Shown: positions 1 through 12,660, numbered from the whole stretch's first letter. The stretch is 63,999 nucleotides of DNA, filler included, from Basidiobolus ranarum (GCA_040143965.1; 16 parts of 16 records of this genome joined end to end with filler, not necessarily neighbours in it), one strand, 5' to 3'. Program-made: numbers and translations. The notes: generated from the letters alone by a model not told the origin.

Positions 1-84
1 GATAACCAAGAACGCTTGAGCCTGTACCCTTCTTGACTCTGATATCCAAGATATTTGATGTCAGCGTGTCAAGCACCCTTGACA

Positions 85-220
85 CATTCCACACGTTAGT
101 TTGTTTACATCTTGACAAAAGGATAAATGTCAACTTTCTACTCAATAAATCAATAAGTGAAAACCACCAACTTCTCTATTTCTCCAAACCACTTCCTACA
201 GGCTCCCAAATACTTTAACA
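85..220 (+). repeat. 3' part of a Copia LTR (family 1)
   Basis: Near-identical to 44217-44320 and similar to 44840-44966. Ends in ...TACTTTAACA. Confidence 0.8.
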
Positions 221-2150
221 GGAATTGGTAGAGTGATTATCCATATAGGTGGTGGTAGATTAGACTATCCTCAGATGAAAAATGATAATCTCTATACTCT
301 CCGCTATGTAGGTATCTATGTAGGTATCTATGTACTTACTACAAAAGGAAACCGCCCGATGTTTGTACACCTATCTCGCCAGTGCCACCTTTTTCAATGA
401 TCGTCACAACATTTGTGTCATTCCATGCTGTAGTGAGAGCTATATTTGCTTCATATCACTACTGGCCGCTGAAGGAATTAATGTAACAGACTGCTAGCCG
501 AGGAGAATATTATTCAGGTCACAAAGTCTGTATTTTCTGCATGCGTATGAATCAGACGTAGTTTCTAATTTAATAATATAGATATAGTGCTCTCTACTTT
601 ATTTGCGACGTTCGGCTCTAACGAACCTAACACCCATGATAAATACCAGTTGATTGCCAATATCGAGATAATTATGGCATAACCTGTAGAGCTGCAGGTT
701 TTTCATTATAGTTGATGTTGTTACCCACGTTTCCCTTATATACCTTATGTTCTAGTAGTAATATTATCAATCTTAGTACATAAGATATCATTTAATATTT
801 ACACTAACCCATTTGACATATGCAAAGTGATCCAAACACCTCTAGCATCATCATGAGTCAATGTCTACTCCATTAGGAATCTGTTTTGTGAGTAATAATC
901 TTGCAAAGCCTTAGTTGAAGAATTCCACAATTACTATGTTTGGACACTATATCAATATTCCTAATTCATTGGTGTATCAAGCGCTTGAAGCCAAAGACGA
1001 AGAAGTGGTAAGCCTAGCCAAGGGCCTTTCTTTACAGACGTTGACAGAAACCACCCGGTATACCGGTCTCTAGTATCTATCTAGCAAGGAAACAGTAATT
1101 CGAAAAACGGGGTATTTAGTACCAAGGAATAATTGCAAGTGCTGACAATTTGAGTGTGATCTGGCCGGTATAGTCTCCCATTAACTAAGCTTCATACGGT
1201 AGTTGTACCAAGGGTTGAAAGAATAACTCTAAATTAGATATCCGTTGGCCTCATGGCATGTAGTAGCGGCTATTCTATTTCTGGAGCATTTTAATATACT
1301 ACCAAGGGTGGACTAGAAAGTATCTTTGCACAGTTTGTGTATGAATTAGGTTCTTAGTTGAGTGCCATACTAATGAAGATGTGATAAAGAATATTCCTCG
1401 ATCGTTGGTAGTTGCCAATCACACAATGTATATGGATTTCCCGTTCCACAACTTGGGCATTCTGGAGGGCAGGCTATTATGGTCTAGAATATTCTATATG
1501 ATCTCTGAGGAAATGACAATAATTGGATGCATCGGATACATCAACATCATAGCGAAAGCAGGTATCCTCACATCGTAAATATCTCGGGGATTGAATTGAT
1601 TCTAACCTCGATCATCACGCAATAACACCAATGAGTCATGAGCATTCAGATTGATCTCGATGATTAGATATATACCTATTCCAGCGGTATGTTGATTATC
1701 TCCATCCTGCTAATCCAATATGTTGGCTAACCCATGTTTGTTCTAATGTTCGGTAATCCCAGTCATTGGTAGTCATGATTCCTTGGTTTGCACCAATAAT
1801 GATAATCAACGAATCTTTCAATGGGCCAATGACTTACGAATGCAAGCTCCTCATAGTAGCTTTTAATAGGTGGTGTCTTATTCTCAATACACAAACTTCC
1901 GAAATAATTGATTACTGAATAGCGGCCGCTAACTCGACTGCGCAATGCTTCCGATTGTTAACCGAAATGAGGCGTAGTTGAGTTTCTAATGAGATTGAAA
2001 TTGAAATCCCCAGGTCAACTACATCCAGCCAATTATACCCGCTTTCTGATTTCTTTTTTCAGTGGCCATTTCGGACTTATATAAGAGTGAGGAGATGTCT
2101 CTTTTTGCTTATTCTACCAAGAGGTAAACGAACACTAGTTATCTGAAGTC

Positions 2151-2841
2151 ATGGTTCAAGAAGTTAAGCAATATCGTATTGGTGTTCTTGGTAAATTGAA
2201 CAAGTATTCTTTTCCTGAACATATGTATTAATCTCAATTTCCATCTCAAAGCTCTGCAAGGTGCTTTCGCCGAGCATATCAACCTATTGAAGCATCTTCC
2301 CGATGTTGCTGAGGTTGTGGAGGTCAGAACCGCCCAACAGCTTGAAGATCCTAGTTTGGATGGCCTCATCATTCCTGGTGGCGAGTCTACCACCATGGCG
2401 TTAGTTGCTGAAGCTTCTGGAGTTTTTGAGCCCCTTCGTAAGTTTGTTCAAACCAAGCCCACCTGGGGTACTTGTGCTGGATTAATCTTATTAGCCAAGG
2501 AAGCTAGCAAGACTAAGAAAGGTGGTCAAAAACTTCTTGGTGCTTTAGATGTTAGCGTTAATCGTAATAACTTTGGTACACAAATCGACTCGTTTATCGC
2601 TAATTTAACTATTCCATGTGTTGGAGAGAAACCCTTTGCTTGTTTCTTCATTCGTGCCCCAGTTATCACTTACATTAACACCGAAACCGTGGAACCCCTA
2701 GTACAACTTGACGATGGAACTATTGTTGCCGTTAGACAAGGTCATTTAGTCGGAACTTCATTCCATCCTGAACTCACAGCCGACGACCGTTTCCATCGTT
2801 ACTTCCTTCAAGTTGTTCGGGAATGCCAGGCTAATGTTTAA
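2151..2841 (+). CDS. PDX2: Pyridoxal 5'-phosphate synthase glutaminase subunit (SNO/PDX2), exons 2151-2190 and 2252-2841
   Basis: Splicing the GT-AG intron 2191-2251 restores IGVLALQGAF. Motifs PGGEST, GTCAG, FIRAP and FHPE (Cys-His-Glu triad) are present. Confidence 0.95.
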
Positions 2842-3739
2842 ATTGAGCCCAGATACATTGAGTTCAATTACTACCTCATTCATAATTATCCATCTACTAC
2901 AGAGAAGATTTGCCAGCGTGATATCGTGGTTTATGTTAGTTAACTTTCATCCAATCCGGTGCACATCTTCTATCTTTCTCCCACACTCCTTCCTGCAGGG
3001 TCCTCATGTAAATTAAAGACTCATCTAATAAATTATAGGCCTCTAAATTTCAGCCATCATAATATTCCCAGGTTCATTTGTAATTCGCAACAAATTTCTT
3101 ACAATTTAGATGTTACTGGTTGTCAATTTTAAATCCATTGGTTCAATGATAGCCAGTGTTAAGCATCAACTGAGTAAATTATCTACCAATTAAAATGCTG
3201 CCAAGTTCTTCAAGTTACAAATGAGTGCGAACTACGAAAATTCGTATGATTATGTATATTCAATTAGTGTTACGGAGGGTAAGTTTATCCAGTAAAGTTT
3301 CAAATTCATTAGAGTTCGTTGAATATCTTCAATTGATATGCAATAATCGTTTCTGACAATGGCCTGAGGGTATTCGCGACATCACTAAGCAGGGGTATTA
3401 AAATGCACTTTTCCTATACCTCCATACTGGTACTAGAGGTAAGGACGTTTGTGTTACAATCACTAGTTGAGTCATATTTACCAATAACTTTGTCAAATTC
3501 ATTCACAATTCTAAAGAGCATTAATGTAGCTTGATTACCTGGATGATATTCTATTCCTTGCATCATTATATTACTAAAATAGCAAATTCTTCAATTGTAA
3601 GATTTATCCAAGGGCTTCTAGAGTCACTAATGATACCATATGTACCTTACAAACTGAGAGACTTGAGCTTCAGTAGTTGAATTTGAAATTTAGGGAAAAG
3701 TTTATATGGATCTTTACATTCCAACGTTTAGTTGATATT

Positions 3740-3927
3740 GTTGTATTTTGGGAGTTGTTGGAAGTGATTTGGAGACCTAGAATAATTGATGGTTTTCACT
3801 TACTGATTTATTGAGTGCAAGTTGACATCAATGTTTTTTTCAAGAAGTAGACAAAATAACATGTAGAATATGGCCAGGAAGGTCCCAGGAATATATGTAC
3901 AAAGTCTGGGGTCTTTTGGACAAGTTT
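3740..3927 (-). repeat. Diverged Copia LTR family 1 fragment
   Basis: Aligns by eye with 53580-53765 and with the reverse complement of 44780-44960. Confidence 0.7.
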
Positions 3928-4027
3928 NNNNNNNNNNNNNNNNNNNNNNNNNNNNNNNNNNNNNNNNNNNNTTAATTAATTAANNNNNNNNNNNNNNNNN
4001 NNNNNNNNNNNNNNNNNNNNNNNNNNN
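3928..4027. other. Artificial contig spacer (N44-TTAATTAATTAA-N44), first of 15
   Basis: Identical 100-bp spacers start at 3928, 7955, 11979, 16003, 20026, 24048, 28068, 32082, 36096, 40107, 44117, 48127, 52134, 56140 and 60144. The 12-mer gives stops in all frames and contig lengths never increase. Confidence 0.98.
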
Positions 4028-4450
4028 CTATTGAGAATAAGCATGTCTAATTAGAGTACTGTCCAACTGAGGATATGACTGCTGAAATCCTTTTCAAACC
4101 ATAACCCAAGCCAAAATTTGAAGAATTAAGATTTAAGTTACGATTAAGATATATGAATATTTAGTTGAGTGGGAGTGATGAAGTTCATCGTCTTTACCAT
4201 ATTTGTTATCTCTATCTTTATACACCTAACTATTTCATGTATCACATATAAGTTAATTAACATTACTTAGTCAAATATCACTTAACCTGTAAATTGGAAC
4301 ATTTATTTATATATATATATGAATAATGTGAGAATTAGCCATTTGATATTGGAAATTTCAAATGAAACCAAATTGCCCCAAAGATAGCTCATTTTACTCC
4401 CACAGATGTTCTGAACACAACCCCAGCACTAGTTTTCTATATTTCCACCA
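4028..4450 (+). mobile_element. Copia RNase H 3' end, PPT and start of an LTR (family 3)
   Basis: Translates as LEYCPTEDMTAEILFKP*PKPKFEELR, followed by GAGTGGGAG and TG. 4331-4395 recurs at about 20695-20760. Right boundary approximate. Confidence 0.7.
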
Positions 4451-5899
4451 CAGTGTATAAATGCTTTATTTCTGGAAAATAAATGATTATCTTACAAAGC
4501 TATTTGCAATTACTTTTTTCTAAAGTTCCTCCAAATGGCCCATATTTTCCCAATATTTTCCTGATTTGCAAAAATCTTGCTCCAGAAGTCTGCCAAATAC
4601 ATGTCACAATAATGAACAGTACTGGGTGTAGACAACAAGGCAAGACAAGACAAGACTGGACAGGGAAGATAATTTGGTCAGAATCTTTTTTGTTAACTGG
4701 CATTGATCAGACCTTAGTCTGTTCAAATAAAACCAGGAGCTTATACAGTTATGGCACGGGGAAACATAATATACTGAATAGGAAATATACTGAGACAAGT
4801 TTAAGTGTTTAGGTGTTGAGCAATACAAGGACCAATACAAAAGGAATCATGTAAGGATAATCAGGTAACTTTTCATGGAGGGCCTAGGCAGAAATCTGCT
4901 ATTCATAGAATGATACAAAAGGTTAGGTTTCATCTAGTATTCCAAAGAACCCAACTTCCCTATAAAACAACCAGGATGAACTAGAAAAGATTGACAAGAG
5001 AAGATGGCACAGCAGATAAAATATTACCGTCTAATAATAGAAGAATTTCATATGCAGTGGATGAGTATGCAAAGATCAAAATCAAGACAAATCAAAACTA
5101 AGAGTCAAATTCTCCATTCATGATTCCAGAGCCTTCTACAGGCCCTGTAACCTGTGTAGCAGGCTAATGAGATTAGTAACTATGTTATCCCCATGGGTAG
5201 TAGGTACTCCTATGTATTCCATGTTTTCAATTAAAGCAGAGCCTCCATTTATCAATGATTTAATCTGTTCCCCTGGCTTTCTTTTTAGGTTAAAGGAATT
5301 TCTTGTCAGAACCATCTAGTTGGCAGCAAAATATGTTTGATAGGTGTTGTTCAAGGCTTTCCATATCTTCTTTGCACTTGGGCCGTCATACATTGAACTA
5401 GCAATTTGCATATAACTTTAACAGCAATTGTGACAAGGCCCTTGTTCATAATTAACCTGGAGTAAAAGTTTGATTTCAGATAGTTTTGCACTATATCCAT
5501 TGCCTACAACAGTGTGGCAAAGTCTTTTTCTGGCAGCAGCATACTCACTTGGATTTTCTAAGCTTGAGAGTTTGCTCTAGCCAATTGTTTAGAAAAAAGA
5601 AAAGCTCCTGAAATTTGTGAAGTAGTCATTAATCTAACTAGAAGCTTACAATTGTGATTTTAAGAAAACCACTGCAATTTTAATCCAATTTGGATTCACA
5701 TTTACTTATTATCATAAAATTGGCAAGCTATATCTGATTTTAATCACTTTTAAAAGTTTCAGGATCAAAATTAGAAATCTTGAAAAGTAGTTGTACATGA
5801 CTGGCTACAATTGCAGAAAACACATGACCCAAATTTGAAACATTTACTACTTGAATGCTAATTTCTCACCTTTGAAATCCCCTGCTTCTTTGATATATT

Positions 5900-6400
5900 T
5901 CCCGGAATATTTGTTTTGAGTTCATCATGCCCAAGGTTTAGTGCATATACAACACATGTTTGTATCAATATCTCCATCAAAGCCCACCATTACATTAATG
6001 TTGCAGAGTTGATATTCTTACAGCTATCTGGTGCATACCCTGAGTTAATGAGCTGTTTGTTATTAAGTTTTCCCAGATATCAGCAGAGTCAACACCAGAC
6101 TGAATGTCAAGTTTTATTTTTGCTGCTCTGTAGGCTTTTTGACAGGTGCCAAGTGTTAGATAAACTTCTGAATTTAGCACTCTTCCAACTGGTGTACTTG
6201 GCTGCATGTTAGAATTAAGCCTCATTGCCGGTATATTTGCTCATATATCCAACTCTCAAAATATAGATCTATAGACTTATTCTAGTTCATTGGGCCAGAT
6301 CAAACTAGCCAACAATGAGCCAGCACAAATTTGCATGGTTAGGTACTATCTGGCACAATGCTATTTACCATTTCTCACTCAGTAGTATTACTTATGTGGT
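5900..6400 (-). mobile_element. Possible highly decayed CACTA/EnSpm-type transposase fragment
   Basis: Minus-strand pieces LCQIVPNHANLCWLIVG and YTSWKSAKFRS loosely resemble the D-x-M-H and WKAxEFR motifs of this family. Many stops. Confidence 0.3.
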
Positions 6401-6672
6401 ACTTATTGGAACAGTGCTTTTAGACACAATTGCATATTCAAAAGATGATAAAAGATTTATTCATAGTTTATTAAATCTAGGGCTCTCAATGGATATCAAA
6501 GAGTATGAATACATTAAGAATCAATCATGCTTTTGACTACTTTGCCTAACTTTGATTGAGGTCCAAAACAGATTTTCCTCTATACTTTCCTGCTTCAATG
6601 CTATATCTCTGTTGCAAACTAAAGCTATGTTCTACTCTTACTCTTAAAAGGGAAAAATTCAATTTAAAGCTC

Positions 6673-7954
6673 TTACCTCTTAGCTGTGACACATCCTAGC
6701 CTTCTGCATTCTTCCTCAATATATTTCAAATCAGCAATAGTCCTCTCATATCTCAAAGAAGGCGCATGCCTTTCAACCCAAAACCTTTTGTCATGTTGTC
6801 TCCCAGGATGTGGCCCACTAAACCAAATGATGTTTGCTTCCAAATTGCAAAAGGCCTGGAGTTTACACAGTGAGCTTTGAACAAGCCAGAGTATAATAGT
6901 TTTAGTTGCTTTTAGGCTTGGTAATTCCCACAGGAAAGATGTCAAGAATACTATGAATACCAACCCTATTGGGAAATAATCCTGGATTTGGAAGGAACTC
7001 AGAGTCGCTGAATCTTTTGTTTTTGATACCCTCAACATCATTCATCACTGAAGCTAGATAATTCTCACTTATTTGAAGCCTTGTATGAAAGCTTTGCCCA
7101 CTTTTACTATCATTAACTCTAACAGAAAAAAAATCAATTTGATTCAGATCAGATCCACCCTTCTGGATCACAAAACCATCAGAGAAATGTTGCAAAATTA
7201 GTGGCTCACTCCATATTTGAGAACTGTTATCACAAACTGCTTGAGAAGTCTTTGACAGCCATGATAAGATGTATTGGGTGGTGTAACAGCAAGCAACTTG
7301 CGAACAGCCTGTTTGGCCAAGGCAATCCTAACTGACAAGTGTTTCTTCACATCAATGCCAGTTTGAGTAAGTGGAAAGCTTACATATGTTGCATCATTCA
7401 TATGAAGAAGCTGAGTATCATACACGGAAATGGTGCAACCAATTGGAATTGTTTTGGCAATTGAAAGCTCAAAGTTATTTTCTGAAAGGTATCTCTGAAT
7501 AGTAGCAGTATCTAGCTGAGGCTGAGAAGTAGAAACTCTGATATCATTGGCAAACAAAGTAAGCAGGGATCCAGGGGACAGCTGAGCAAACTCATTGAGA
7601 AATAACACAAAAAGCAGAGGACCTAGCACTGAACCTTACACCACACCATTGGGCACTGGGTATAGACAGGAAGTGAATCCAGGATGGAGGATTCTGGCTT
7701 TACTGTCAATAAAGAGGGCTCTCACTAGCATAGTGAAGAACTGGGAAGTTAAAGACTGAAGCTTTATCCACAGCAGATCTCTGTCTACTGAGTCAAAGGC
7801 TTTGGTGATATTAAAAAGAATGGCAGCCTGTGGATATTGCAAAGCATTGTCATGACTGAGTACCACAGCCATATCCAAGGAGAGCTTAGGAAGGAAGCCA
7901 AATTGACTAGTGTGAAAGCCTGGAAGACTCTCATGAATGATTTCACCATGAGGA
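6673..7954 (-). mobile_element. Degenerate non-LTR (LINE) retrotransposon reverse transcriptase region
   Basis: RT motifs FNITKAFDSVDRDLLW, GVV*GSVLGPLLF and LFANDI (FADD-like), broken by stops and frameshifts. Confidence 0.88.
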
Positions 7955-8054
7955 NNNNNNNNNNNNNNNNNNNNNNNNNNNNNNNNNNNNNNNNNNNNTT
8001 AATTAATTAANNNNNNNNNNNNNNNNNNNNNNNNNNNNNNNNNNNNNNNNNNNN

Positions 8055-8152
8055 ACTGGAACTACAAGGTCAATGGGGAAGGAGGTCCTTATATCACCAC
8101 TTACGTCACATTCAACACTGGTGAAGGAGTATCATTCATCTGGTATGAGTAG
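8055..8152 (+). CDS. Secreted CHAP-domain protein, copy 1 (3' end only, cut by contig start)
   Basis: WNYKVNGEGGPYITTYVTFNTGEGVSFIWYE*, the same protein sequence as the end of 9092-9631. Confidence 0.88.
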
Positions 8153-9091
8153 ATACCACTCCTGACTTTAGATACCCGCAATATAGCAGGCCACCAGCTA
8201 TCTTTCATTGCTTATTCCCTCTATGTATTCCTACTATAGAACAATTAGAATGTATTGATTACAAAATAAATATACCATTAATGAATTATTTACCACGTTG
8301 GATATTTATTTGCGAAACCTTAGTCTTGTAGGAGTAAAAATAACAGTGCGGCTATTGCTCGGATAAACCTAATACCGTCGAAATATCATTTACTGGATAG
8401 GTCAATTTTTAAATCGATGTTGCATGGTCATAGTTGATATTTCGCATATTTCTGAATATAAAAATACTACATAAATGGTGCTCTTAATAATGAGTATTAG
8501 CAATGAATTAACAATTAAGATCTTATGAACCTGAGATGTATGTAGAAGCGTGTGAGTATGTTGTTTTTACAAATCAATAAAAAGATATTTACGCTTTTAC
8601 AGTAATGTGTCACATTGTATTTTTGTTAACTATGCTTAAGTTCAAGAGCCAATCAATAATATTTCAACTTGATTCTAGTGTATATTAAAAAAAACCTCCG
8701 CATGCTTGTTTGCTTTAATATGATATAGATTTCATCTCAGCTCCAAGTAGGGAGTAAAATCTATGAACCGATCTAGACTGTTCTGAGCTGAATATTTACC
8801 AGTCACAGGATGGAGATTCACTAATATGGTATAGTTGTTCTGATATTCAATCTTGACTCAAAATCATGTTCAGACCGGCCTTACCATGTTTAATATATTC
8901 CCATATATGGCATGGACGATCGGGAACTGAAAATAATTGGATTGAAAATTTAGTTCGGGAGGATTCATTTTGATCGGGATCCGTAAATCATTGGATAGAT
9001 ACTTGCTAGATAGAGGGATTGTTTAGATATAAAGACTGAACTCATGCCACTAATAAACTCACAATCAACTACACTACAAAACAAAATTAAG

Positions 9092-9631
9092 ATGGTCAAA
9101 ATCACCTCTGGTCTATCTTACATTTGCCTTACCGCCACTGCTCTCTTGAGTTTAGCGGTGCAAGCTCTTCCAGCTCCAAGTGATACCTCTGTCACTCAGC
9201 AATTCAACCACACCGAGGTATTAACCGAGAAGAGCATACTCGGCGATATCACCAACTTTGACTCGTGCTCTCTCCAATTTCGTTTTGACAATGGCCAGTG
9301 TACTGACTGGGCCGATGCTCGCTACTACCAACTCACCTGTCAACACACCCAGTGGTGGGGTAACGCTCTCACATGGCCCAATAGCGCGGAGAACACTCAA
9401 GGCTGGGTGGTGTCTGATCAACCCCGAGTTCCTTCCATCATTGCCATCCAGCCAGGATATCAGGGGTGTGACTCATATGGCCATGTTGCTGTAGTCGAAA
9501 GCATCAATGATGACGGAAGTGTATATACGAGTAACTGGAACTACAAGGTCAATGGAGAAGGAGGTCCTTATATCACCACTTACGTCACATTCAACACTGG
9601 TGAAGGAGTGTCATTCATCTGGTATGAATAG
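9092..9631 (+). CDS. Secreted CHAP-domain (Cys/His-dependent amidohydrolase/peptidase) protein, copy 2, intronless, 179 aa
   Basis: Signal peptide MVKITSGLSYICLTATALLSLAVQA. CHAP motifs GQCTDW, WGNAxxW and GHVAVVE. TATAAA about 65 bp upstream. Confidence 0.9.
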   Translation: MVKITSGLSYICLTATALLSLAVQALPAPSDTSVTQQFNHTEVLTEKSILGDITNFDSCSLQFRFDNGQCTDWADARYYQLTCQHTQWWGNALTWPNSAENTQGWVVSDQPRVPSIIAIQPGYQGCDSYGHVAVVESINDDGSVYTSNWNYKVNGEGGPYITTYVTFNTGEGVSFIWYE

Positions 9632-11657
9632 ATAATTCTCCAGACTATAGATACCTATGATAGATAAGATAAATGATCAGTTAATGATACCACCTCGGCC
9701 TATAGATACCCACTTGATGTTTAATCATCTACTATCTTATATTGTTTATTCCCTTTTTGTACTCTCACTATAAGGCAATTAGAATATATTGTATGAAATA
9801 TTTACTACGTTATATGTTTATCTCTAAACTTTAGCCTAGTATTCGTAGCAAGCTTATTTCTTCGATACTTCTAGAACGGTACTAGATAATATGTATACTA
9901 TGCTCATAGCGAAAAGACTATTTATATGCAATAAAAGAGTCCTATTTGAATAGTGTCTTTATAAATTGTGTAGATGAGTTTCCACTTTGTATGAAGCAAC
10001 TTATCCATTTGGTAATTTTCCCATAATCAATGAAGTGAAATCAAGTGTTTTACAGTGATATATAGTAGCAACATTCATTCTTTCAAAGACAAAAGCTTCG
10101 AATGGTAGAATTTCTGTACGAGTAGACCAATCACTCTCCATGCTTATAAGCCTCTGTTCTCCTGTACTGATTTTAAGATCCGAAGATGTTGTGAACTTGA
10201 AGTACGAACAGGCCTAGATCGCTCTGAGCTGAATATTTCCCAGTCATACTGGAGAGAATGAACCACTATATGTGGTATATTTTTTCCAATGTTCAACATA
10301 CTATTTTGGTGAGTACCTGAGCAACTTGTTTAAAAGGATCTAACATTATTTTTAGACTGGCTTTACCATATTTAATCCTAATCCCAAATGTGGCACTGAT
10401 GATCGGGAACTGATATTCATTGGATTAGTATTTCCAGAATAGAAATATCAGGAATTATAAATACTAACCTCACAATCAATTACACTATTGATTACTAAAT
10501 AAATATATCATCGATGAAATATCTACCACGTTCTGCTTGATTTTTTAATCCGGTAGAAGTAAAAGGGATTGTAGCTATTTTTCCTGAATAAATCAGATAG
10601 GTTGGGAACATCACTGGATAGTTTGTATCATAATAACGGCTAAAGGAAATTCTAAGTCTACTTATCAGTGCTGATATACTCCCTCGTCGATAAGATCTTA
10701 TCGCAGAGATTGGCTGTACTAACTATTTGCTCCTTATTCGTGATCACTTAATATTAGCGAGTAAATATTGTCCGTAATAATAATTCGTCGTAATTTTGTT
10801 AGATACTACTTCTCCAATACTATGTGACATAGAAATAACCCGTAGATTCTTGAGCAATTGAACCCTCTACTTACTACTGGTTTTCTGAGTGGAGAGAACC
10901 CTTTTCGGCTCCACTGCAACTCCAGTTAGCAACTAGGATAGCTTTAACAAGGCATTTAAAATGTACCTTTACTCCAGAAAATCCTGAAATAGATATGAAA
11001 TCGTGAAATATGTGCCCTTTACAAATCAGGGAGGAATTCTCTACGTGGTTTACTGTATTAAGTCACATTGGTAATCTCTTGGATTGTCTTTTCAACTACG
11101 AAAATTAAGTACTCTATTCTAACTTCGGGAGCCAACCAATAGCTTGCTAGATTATTCTGGTTTTATATTAAGAAGATTCCCATGTGCTGGTTCCTACATA
11201 TTATAGAGTTCTCCCCAACTCAAAGTGCCGAGTAAAATCTAATCGGAACCGATCTGGACTGTTCCGAGTTGCTCACTTCTTGTGCTGAGAAGAATGAACC
11301 ACTATCTATAGTATAGTTGTTCTGATGTTCAATCTTCGAAATTCGTTTATATTAGGCTACCCGACTTATTTAACAAAGACCCAGAAATATGATTAGACTC
11401 TGGGTTTACCATATCTAATGTTAATCCCAAATCTAGAAAGGATGATCGGGAACCGATATTCATTGGATTAGTATTCCTAGAACAGAGATATCATGAATTG
11501 TAAATACTGAACTCACAATCAATTACAGATTGGCTTTGATCGGGATCCGTAAATCATTGGATAGACATTTGCTAGACGAAGTGATTATTAAGATATAAAG
11601 ACTGAACTCATATCACCATTAAACTCACAATCAATCACACTGTAATACAAAATCAAA

Positions 11658-11978
11658 ATGGTCAAAATCTCATCTGGTCTATCTTACATTTGCCTTACCG
11701 CCACTGTTTTCTTGAGTTTGGCGGTACATGCTCTTCCAGCTCCAAGTGATACCTCTGTCAATCACCAATTCAACCACACCGAGGTATTAGCCGAGAAAAG
11801 CATACTCGGCGATATCACCAACTTTGACTCGTGCTCTCTCCAATTTCGCTTTGACAATGGCCAGTGTACTGACTGGGCCGATGCTCGCTACTACCAACTC
11901 ACCTGCCAACACACTCAGTGGTGGGGTAACGCTCTCACATGGCCCAATAGCGCGGAGAACACTCAAGGCTGGGTGGTG
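11658..11978 (+). CDS. Secreted CHAP-domain protein, copy 3 (5' part, cut by contig end)
   Basis: Near-identical to copy 2. Amino-acid differences lie only in the signal/pro region. Confidence 0.9.
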
Positions 11979-12078
11979 NNNNNNNNNNNNNNNNNNNNNN
12001 NNNNNNNNNNNNNNNNNNNNNNTTAATTAATTAANNNNNNNNNNNNNNNNNNNNNNNNNNNNNNNNNNNNNNNNNNNN

Positions 12079-12189
12079 TTGAGATCAATACAAAAGTGCG
12101 ACAAAAAGTATTTACTGGAGCTTACAAATTCCACAAAAATCCCTCAACTCTTGCAAGAGAGATTTGCATGGTCATTCAGGTCTATATAT
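12079..12189 (+). repeat. 111-bp exact direct repeat, second copy at 15756-15866
   Basis: TTGAGATCAATACAAAAG...GGTCTATATAT occurs at the contig start and again near its end. Confidence 0.9.
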
Positions 12190-12226
12190 AGTCACAAAGC
12201 ACCAACCGAAAAAGGTGCAAAAGGAG

Positions 12227-12322
12227 TGCTCCAGGCGGGGATCGAACCCGCGGCCTTCGCGTGACTCAAGTATAGAGAGTTACTCTATAAGCACGACGCA
12301 TTAACCACTTTGCTACTGGAGC
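12227..12322 (-). tRNA. tRNA-Ile(UAU) with 23-nt intron
   Basis: Cloverleaf GCTCCAG...CTGGAGC-A. Anticodon arm TCGTG-CT-TAT-A[intron]A-CGCGA. Confidence 0.92.
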
Positions 12323-12578
12323 TTGTCACTTACATTTTATTATTTCAATTTTGATTATCATGTGCAGAGTTTTCGTCCAGTAAAAGTTGCTTATTCTCTG
12401 TGGTTTTAATTTGGCTCTTATAATAGTTCGCACATAGTTTCACTAACTATAAAGCTAAACTAAACCAAGTGAGAGGTCAAAGATGATCATCTGTTACTTA
12501 TACCTATCTACCTACAAGCCCTCTATATTATAGAGTCATATTCTCTTGGGAGATTCTGACCTGCTCGTTCACAAAAAC

Positions 12579-12660
12579 CGACGGCCACAGGATTTGAACC
12601 TGTGCGGGCAGAGCCCAACAGATTTCGAGTCTGTCTCCTTAACCACTCGGACAGACCGTC
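12579..12660 (-). tRNA. tRNA-Ser(CGA)
   Basis: 82-nt cloverleaf with long variable arm, ACAGA-CT-CGA-AA-TCTGT. Confidence 0.95.

Noticed and set aside
220-2150. Divergent PDX1/SNZ partner upstream of PDX2
   Set aside because: No PDX1-like sequence in the 2 kb available.
4602-5435. TGTCACAAT...ATTGTGACA as a Gypsy solo LTR
   Set aside because: No target-site duplication and no second copy in the window.
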